64,000 nucleotides of DNA from an uncultured Desulfarculus sp. (lineage in GTDB: Bacteria > Desulfobacterota > Desulfarculia > Desulfarculales > Desulfarculaceae): contig CAXXUK010000001.1 of NCBI GenBank assembly GCA_963665125.2, positions 704,001 to 768,000 of the forward strand, read 5' to 3'. Of this stretch, positions 58,516 through 64,000 are shown piece after piece. Under the pieces are notes generated by a model that ran no database searches, had not been told where the DNA came from, and saw only the letters and a list, made by a program, of their open reading frames with translations. The stretch's first letter is position 1, and every line of letters starts with the position of its first letter. The position numbers and the translations under genes are program-made.

Positions 58516-59282
58516 CGGTCTTTGCGGCGGTCTTTGCGGCGGTCGTTCTTCCAGGATATTTCCTTGCGCAAACCTTTTTGCTTGTAGGGCTTTTCCACGT
58601 CTTCGGGCGTGACGATAAAGCTGCCCGGCGGCTGCTGGGGCTGCTGGACGGCCTGCTGTTTCAGGCGGGCAGCTATTTCCTTTTTCTTCTCCCTGGTCTG
58701 GGTTTTGGGCAGGGGCTTTTCGGGCAGGGGCGGACCCATCAGGAACCGGGCGTCGGCCCAGTCGCACAGAAAAAGGCCGCCGTCGCCCCAGGCCGGGAAC
58801 ATGGAACCCTGCTCGGCGGCCTGACGGGCCTGGACGGTCACCAGAACCGGTTCGGCGTCCCGGCGTCTGCCGATGGCCAGGGCCCGCTGTTCGTCGGCGG
58901 CCAGGATCAGCGGCCTGCCGTCTTCCCCGGCGTTGAGTCCGTGCTCCTTGATCACCGGATAGGCCTTGCGCCGCGCGCCGTAATAAAGGTGGGCCGGATG
59001 CACGGCGTCGTAGTCGGGCGGCGCGTAGCCGCGCTCCCGGCAACGGATGCGGTTGTCCTCGATCTCGAACAGGTCCTTGGCAATGCGCCCGGCCACGTCT
59101 TCGATCATGGTCTGGCGGATGCCCCGCCAGCCTTCCTCGCCTTGCAGGGCGGCCAACAGTTCCTTGAGTTTGATCCAGCCCTGCTCGTCGGGCAACAGGG
59201 CCAACTCGGCCGGGTTGACTCCCAGGGCGTAGCGCATTATGCGCGCAAGCGCATCTTCCTTTTGTTCCTGTCTTTTAACCAT
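58512..59282 (-). CDS. Divergent RNA 2'-phosphotransferase (Tpt1/KptA)-like protein
   Basis: P.E..L.PDEQGWI.LKELL, FEIE..RIR, LYYG..IKEHGL, A..IGRRR..EPV..V.A pattern of the KptA fold. Confidence 0.7.
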   Translation of the reverse strand: MVKRQEQKEDALARIMRYALGVNPAELALLPDEQGWIKLKELLAALQGEEGWRGIRQTMIEDVAGRIAKDLFEIEDNRIRCRERGYAPPDYDAVHPAHLYYGARRKAYPVIKEHGLNAGEDGRPLILAADEQRALAIGRRRDAEPVLVTVQARQAAEQGSMFPAWGDGGLFLCDWADARFLMGPPLPEKPLPKTQTREKKKEIAARLKQQAVQQPQQPPGSFIVTPEDVEKPYKQKGLRKEISWKNDRRKDRRKDR

Positions 59283-59285
59283 TGG

Positions 59286-59714
59286 CTATTGATATTCGGT
59301 CTTGACGCCCTTGGCGGTGACTACGTATTCCATGATGCCCTTGGGGTGCCATACGACTATGGACTCGGTGTCGCCTTCAGGCCCGGCCACGGCCCTAAGC
59401 TGCACATCGGGCGAAATCTTCAGGCCGGCCTGCTTGACGGCCTCCATGTCGATGATCATCGGTTCGCCGGCGCGCGCCTGCCTGATGGCCTGCAACTGCT
59501 CCTGGGGTGTTTCCTGCCCGGCCGCCGCGTCCTTGATCTGCTCTTTTTGCTGGGCCTGGGCCTGCTGGGCCAGGAGGTGGTGGATGCGCATGGCCGCGCG
59601 TTGGGCCGCTTCATCGTATGACTTTGCCTGGCGGTCGTAATGGGCAAAGACAAATATCGCCACCACGGCCAAAATACTCAGCAGGGCTATAATTCCAGGT
59701 CTGATAATACTCAT
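59286..59714 (-). CDS. Membrane-anchored hypothetical protein with a pilin-like N-terminal helix
   Basis: IIALLSILAVVAIFVFAHYDRQAKSYDEAAQ; ATGA overlap with pyrC. Confidence 0.6.
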   Translation of the reverse strand: MSIIRPGIIALLSILAVVAIFVFAHYDRQAKSYDEAAQRAAMRIHHLLAQQAQAQQKEQIKDAAAGQETPQEQLQAIRQARAGEPMIIDMEAVKQAGLKISPDVQLRAVAGPEGDTESIVVWHPKGIMEYVVTAKGVKTEYQ

Positions 59715-61015
59715 ACGGCGAAATCCTCCAGACTATGAGATATGTTGCCGGCGCAGATGGTCAGCACAGCGCGCCCGGTCATGGACCGCCCGGCAAACGG
59801 CGTGTTGCGGGATTTGGAGTGCATTTTTCCCGGTTCGACGGTCCAGGGCCTGGTGGCGTCGATTACGGTTACGTCGGCCGGTCCGCCCTGTTGCAAGGTG
59901 CCGCCGGGCAGGCTCAGGGCCGCCGCAGGGGCGGTGGTCATGGCCGAAATGAGCCGCTCCAAAGATAGCACGCCCTTGGCGACCAGTTCCAGGCCGATGG
60001 CCAGGGCCGTTTCCAGGCCGGTGACGCCGAACAGGGCCTTGTCGAATTCCACGTCCTTTTCGATGGTGGAATGCGGGGCGTGATCAGTGGCCAGGGTGTC
60101 GATGATTCCCTCGGACAGCCCGAGGCGCACGGCCTCCATGTCGGCCCTTGAGCGCAGGGGCGGATTCATCTTGCGATGGGTGTCGTACTGGCCGATGTCC
60201 TCGTCGCACAGGGCCAGGTAGTGGGGGCACGTCTCGGCCGTGACGTTTAAGCCCGCGTCCTTGGCCCGGCGCACGGCCTCCACGCTGCCCGCGCAGGACA
60301 CATGGGCGATGTGCACCCTGGCTCCGGTGAGCCCGGCCAGGGATATATCGCGCTCCACGGCCATGACCTCGGCCTCGGCCGGGATGCCGGGGATGCCCAT
60401 GCGGGTGGCCGTGGGGCCTTCGTGCATGGCCCCGCCCGCCGAGAGCCGCAGGTCCTCGCTGTGGCAGACCACCGGCAGGTTCAGGCCGCGGGCGTATTCC
60501 ATGGCCCGGCGCAGCAGCCTGCTGTCGGGCACGGGCCTGCCGTCATCGCTTACCGCAACGCAACCGGCCTGCTTCATCTCGGCCATTTCGGTGAGGGCCT
60601 CGCCCTTCAGGCCCGGAGTTATGGCCCCGATGGGATAGACCCTGGCCGATCCGGCTTGCCGGGCCCGCTCGATGATCAGGTCGGTGACTGCCTTGCAGTC
60701 GTTTACCGGGCTGGTGTTGGGCATGCAGGCCACTGCCGTGAAACCGCCCGCCGCCGCGGCCCTGGTGCCGCTGGCAATGTCTTCCTTGTATTCCTGGCCC
60801 GGTTCGCGCAGATGCACGTGGATGTCCATCAGGCCGGGCACCACCAACAGGGAGTCGCAATTGACGGCTTGGGCCTCCGGCGCTTCGATATAGCCGCCGA
60901 TCTGTTTGATCTTGCCGCCCGAGAGCAGGATGTCGCCCTTTTGGTCCAGGCCCGCCGCCGGATCGAAAAGCCTGCCGTTGGTCAACAAAATATCTTTTTT
61001 ACCCGAAGAAAGCAT
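59711..61015 (-). CDS. pyrC: Dihydroorotase
   Basis: DIHVHLREPG, ACMPNT, HIAHVS, KMNPPLR, ATDHAPH, SKSRNTPF. Confidence 0.96.
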   Translation of the reverse strand: MLSSGKKDILLTNGRLFDPAAGLDQKGDILLSGGKIKQIGGYIEAPEAQAVNCDSLLVVPGLMDIHVHLREPGQEYKEDIASGTRAAAAGGFTAVACMPNTSPVNDCKAVTDLIIERARQAGSARVYPIGAITPGLKGEALTEMAEMKQAGCVAVSDDGRPVPDSRLLRRAMEYARGLNLPVVCHSEDLRLSAGGAMHEGPTATRMGIPGIPAEAEVMAVERDISLAGLTGARVHIAHVSCAGSVEAVRRAKDAGLNVTAETCPHYLALCDEDIGQYDTHRKMNPPLRSRADMEAVRLGLSEGIIDTLATDHAPHSTIEKDVEFDKALFGVTGLETALAIGLELVAKGVLSLERLISAMTTAPAAALSLPGGTLQQGGPADVTVIDATRPWTVEPGKMHSKSRNTPFAGRSMTGRAVLTICAGNISHSLEDFAV

Positions 61016-61951
61016 TTACGAGGCCTCCGCGCCGATAAGCAAATACAAAAGGGCCATGCGCACGGCAACGCCGTTGGTAACCTGTTCAAGGATAACCGAT
61101 TGGGGCGCGTCGGCCACATCCGGGGCGATCTCCACGCCGCGGTTGATGGGGCCGGGGTGCATCACGATGGCGTCTTTGGCCGCTTTTTTCAAGAGGTTGG
61201 CGTTCAGGCCGAACATTCTGGAATATTCCCGCAGCGAGGGGAACAGCACGTCGTTCAGGCGTTCCTGCTGGACCCTGAGCATCATCACCACGTCCGCGCC
61301 ATCGACAGCCTCGGCCATGGACCCGGCCACGTCGGCGCCCAGGGTCTCCACATAGGGCGGCAGCAGGGTGGGCGGGCCGTAGAGCCGGACCTTGGCGCCC
61401 ATGGTTTTCAGGCCGATGACATTGGAGCGGGCCACCCTGGAGTGGGCGATGTCGCCGATTATGGCCACGTTGAGGCCCTCGATGCCGCCCTTGTGCTCGC
61501 GGATGGTCATCATGTCCAACAACGATTGGGTGGGGTGCTCGTGGGTGCCGTCTCCGGCATTGATGATGGGCACCCTGGTGTGCCTGGTCAGAAAATGCGG
61601 AGCGCCTGAAGATGAATGGCGGATTATCACCAAGTCAGGGCTCATGGCTTCAAGGGTCCTGACCGTGTCGATGAGGGTTTCGCCCTTGGTCAGGGAGCTT
61701 GTCTTGGGAGCCAGGGCCACTGAATCGGCCGACAAACGCTTGCAGGCCAGCTCAAAGGAGGTCTTGGTCCGGGTGGACGGCTCATAGAAAAACAAGACCA
61801 CGGTGCGGCCGCGCAGGGTGGGCACCTTTTTGATGGGCCGCAGGCTGATGTCCTTCATCGATTCCGCGGTGTCGAGAATTGTCCCGATTTCCTCGGCTGT
61901 TACGCCTTCCAGGCCCAAAAGATTCTTGCGTGTCCAGTCCAATAAACACAC
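61016..61951 (-). CDS. pyrB: Aspartate carbamoyltransferase catalytic subunit
   Basis: [50 protein letters not shown] start after GGAGG. Confidence 0.97.
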   Translation of the reverse strand: MCLLDWTRKNLLGLEGVTAEEIGTILDTAESMKDISLRPIKKVPTLRGRTVVLFFYEPSTRTKTSFELACKRLSADSVALAPKTSSLTKGETLIDTVRTLEAMSPDLVIIRHSSSGAPHFLTRHTRVPIINAGDGTHEHPTQSLLDMMTIREHKGGIEGLNVAIIGDIAHSRVARSNVIGLKTMGAKVRLYGPPTLLPPYVETLGADVAGSMAEAVDGADVVMMLRVQQERLNDVLFPSLREYSRMFGLNANLLKKAAKDAIVMHPGPINRGVEIAPDVADAPQSVILEQVTNGVAVRMALLYLLIGAEAS

Positions 61952-61985
61952 CTCCGCCTTGTTTCATGTCCGGCGGGTTATGGCC

Positions 61986-62019
61986 AAAAAAAACCTCCGA
62001 GCACCAGCTGTGCGGAGGT
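61986..62019 (-). terminator. Intrinsic terminator (attenuator) in the pyrB leader
   Basis: Minus strand ACCTCCGCAC-AGCTG-GTGCTCGGAGG followed by T8, about 35 nt before the pyrB start. Confidence 0.75.
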
Positions 62020-62158
62020 GTTATCAGTTTGGGGCAGTTTGCGGCGTTTTAGCCCTCGCCGGGCCAACGATGCCCATAGGCCACTCCCTAGTGCCAACAC
62101 GTATCTGAAGGTCTGGTCATGATTATCAAAAGCGGGCCAGAATGTCAAGGTGCAGGGC

Positions 62159-62524
62159 TCAGGGCCGCCAGCGGGTTTTGCCTGGGTGCCTGGTGTCCGG
62201 CTTCAGGGTTTCGCCGCCGATGACATTGCCCTCGTAATCTAGGTGAAACACCTGGTCGCAGACGCCGTGGGTGGCCGCTCCTTTGTCGTCATAACTGTGC
62301 ACGAACCTGTACTTGTGCCGGATCGAATAGTCATAGGCCCCGCCATGGGGGTGTTTGACCAGTTTGCTCCAGCTTATATCCTCGTAGGTATCGCCGTGTT
62401 TGATGGACCCTTGCAGATACTCACTGACCATCTGCTTGGCCTGGCTTTCGCTCAATTCGGCCGCCGCGCCGGTCGGAAAAAGAAATATTGCCAATAATAT
62501 CAACGCAGTTAGCCAACGCATCAA
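62159..62524 (-). CDS. Secreted hypothetical protein
   Basis: Signal peptide MRWLTALILLAIFLFPTGAAA. Confidence 0.65.
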   Translation of the reverse strand: MMRWLTALILLAIFLFPTGAAAELSESQAKQMVSEYLQGSIKHGDTYEDISWSKLVKHPHGGAYDYSIRHKYRFVHSYDDKGAATHGVCDQVFHLDYEGNVIGGETLKPDTRHPGKTRWRP

Positions 62525-62619
62525 GCATGCCTCGCAATACTGTGCCTATTTTATCACACCTTTTCAGGCCCTGCTTGCAATGGTGGACTGCCGGGCCCGG
62601 CCATGGTACAAGCCACTGT

Positions 62620-64000
62620 ATGAACGATGAGTTGAACAGCTTTGTCCAAGGGCTGCCGGGGCTGGTAAAGGGCTCGGCCCTGATCTCCCATGTGGAGCGC
62701 ATCCCGGCCCGTCCCGCGGCATTTGGCAGGCTCGAACCCGCCCTGGCCGAGCCGCTGAGCAGAGCCCTGAAGTCGCTGGGCGTGGGCGAATTATATTCCC
62801 ACCAGAGCGCGGCCATCGACCTGGCCAGGTTGGGCCGGGATGTTGTAGCGGCAACGCCCACGGCCTCGGGCAAGAGCCTGATCTACAGCCTGCCGGTGCT
62901 GGAACGCCTTTTCTACGAGCCCCGGGCCAAGACCCTGATGCTCTTTCCCCTGAAGGCCCTGGAGCAGGACCAGCTCAAGTCCATCAACGATCTGGCCTTT
63001 CGGGCCGGTCTGGGGCCGGTGGCCGCCGTGTACGACGGCGACACGCCCCAGGGCCTGCGCCGCAAGATCCGCGAAAAAACGCCGCCCGTGCTGATCTCCA
63101 ACCCGGACATGGTCCACGCGGCGGTGTGCGCCTACCCCGAAGCCTGGAAGGAGTTCCTGGCCAACCTGCGCTTTATCGTCATCGACGAGGTGCACACCTA
63201 CCGGGGCGTGTTCGGCTCCCACGTGGCCCAGGTGCTGCGGCGTTTGTTGCGCCTGGCCGCCGGCCTGGGGGCCGATCCGTCGTTCGTGCTTTGTTCGGCC
63301 ACCGTGGCCAATCCGGCGGCCCATGCCTCGGCCTTGACGGGCCGGGAGTTCGGGCCGGACCAGGTGGTGGATACCTGCGGCGCTCCGGCGGCCGGGCGGG
63401 CCTTTGCCCTGATCAACCCGGTTGGCGCGGCCAGCACCACGGCCTCCCGGCTGATGGTCTCGTCAATGCGCAAGGGCCTGGCCACCATCTGCTTTACCAA
63501 GAGCCGCATCCACACCGAGCTGATCCATTCCTGGATCACCCGCTCCAACCCGGACCTGCGGGGATCCGTGGCCGGATACCGGGCCGGATTCCTGCCCGAG
63601 GAACGCCGCCGCATCGAGCACGACCTGGCCTCGGGCCGCCTGTCCGGCGTGGTCAGCACCAGCGCCCTGGAGATGGGCATAGACATCGGCGGGCTGGATG
63701 TCTGCATCCTGGTGGGCTATCCGGGCAGCCAGATCAACACCTGGCAGCGGGGGGGCAGGGTGGGCCGGGCCGGGCGTGACAGCGCCGTATTGCTGGTGGC
63801 CGCGCCCGATGCTCTGGACCAATACCTGATCAATCATCCCCGGGAGTTTTTCGCCCGGCCGGTGGAGGCCGCAGTGCTGGACCCGGACAACAAGGCAATC
63901 GTCGGGCGGCATCTGGTTTGCGCCGCCGCCGAGGAGCCCCTGGCCCTGAACGACAAATTTTTCGATTTGAAACGGCACGCCGAGGCCCTGCGGGAGCAGG
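62620..64000 (+). CDS. DEAD/DEAH-box helicase, MrfA/YprA (DUF1998-associated) type; 3'-truncated and absent from the ORF track
   Basis: Manual translation from ATG 62620: LYSHQ, TPTASGKS, FPLKALEQDQ, YDGDT, SNPDM, IDEVHTYRGVFGSH, SATVANP, YRAG, STSALEMGIDIG, QRGGRVGR. Confidence 0.9.
   Translation, partial: MNDELNSFVQGLPGLVKGSALISHVERIPARPAAFGRLEPALAEPLSRALKSLGVGELYSHQSAAIDLARLGRDVVAATPTASGKSLIYSLPVLERLFYEPRAKTLMLFPLKALEQDQLKSINDLAFRAGLGPVAAVYDGDTPQGLRRKIREKTPPVLISNPDMVHAAVCAYPEAWKEFLANLRFIVIDEVHTYRGVFGSHVAQVLRRLLRLAAGLGADPSFVLCSATVANPAAHASALTGREFGPDQVVDTCGAPAAGRAFALINPVGAASTTASRLMVSSMRKGLATICFTKSRIHTELIHSWITRSNPDLRGSVAGYRAGFLPEERRRIEHDLASGRLSGVVSTSALEMGIDIGGLDVCILVGYPGSQINTWQRGGRVGRAGRDSAVLLVAAPDALDQYLINHPREFFARPVEAAVLDPDNKAIVGRHLVCAAAEEPLALNDKFFDLKRHAEALREQ

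Noticed and set aside
62088..62120. Trp-containing micro-ORF MTRPSDTCWH as a leader peptide
   Set aside because: It has no RBS, its ATG abuts the putative -10 element, and Trp has no link to the pyr genes.
1..64000. CRISPR arrays, tRNA/rRNA genes, transposases, integrases or prophage genes
   Set aside because: No repeat-spacer periodicity, tRNA signatures or mobile-element motifs were found by eye; short or divergent elements could have been missed.

Overview
GC-rich bacterial chromosomal window whose gene content suggests a Desulfobacterota (Desulfarculus-like) sulfate reducer; this is inferred, not proven. 1-16 kb is accessory: a frameshifted TPR gene, a fatty-acyl-CoA ligase plus permease downstream of a Cache-kinase/NarL two-component pair, an orphan MCP and a TetR-AcrA-AcrB-OprM efflux operon. 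Next come oppABC, a nitroreductase, coaBC-udg-nfeD-slipin, a low-GC islet with a PAS/HisKA protein lacking its ATPase domain, and hisD. A chemosensory cluster (STAS-STAS-cheY-cheA-Hpt/CheW-cheR-cheD-cheB-REC/PP2C-REC/anti-sigma kinase) with PilZ and motAB follows, then mostly housekeeping genes (infA, rpmB, relA/spoT, proS, ispG, purM, recG, pyrBC) and a truncated MrfA/YprA-type helicase. The most striking element is a self-contained minus-strand transcription unit at 45.3-47.8 kb. It has a consensus sigma70 promoter, a cobalamin riboswitch with an intrinsic terminator, and two translationally coupled genes: a Zn-dependent threonine/sorbitol-type dehydrogenase and a divergent TrpD-like phosphoribosyltransferase with altered anthranilate-site motifs. 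This is a candidate undescribed B12-regulated pathway, possibly for cobamide lower-ligand or nucleotide-loop chemistry. A probable attenuator sits upstream of pyrB. No rRNA, tRNA, CRISPR or transposase was recognised.
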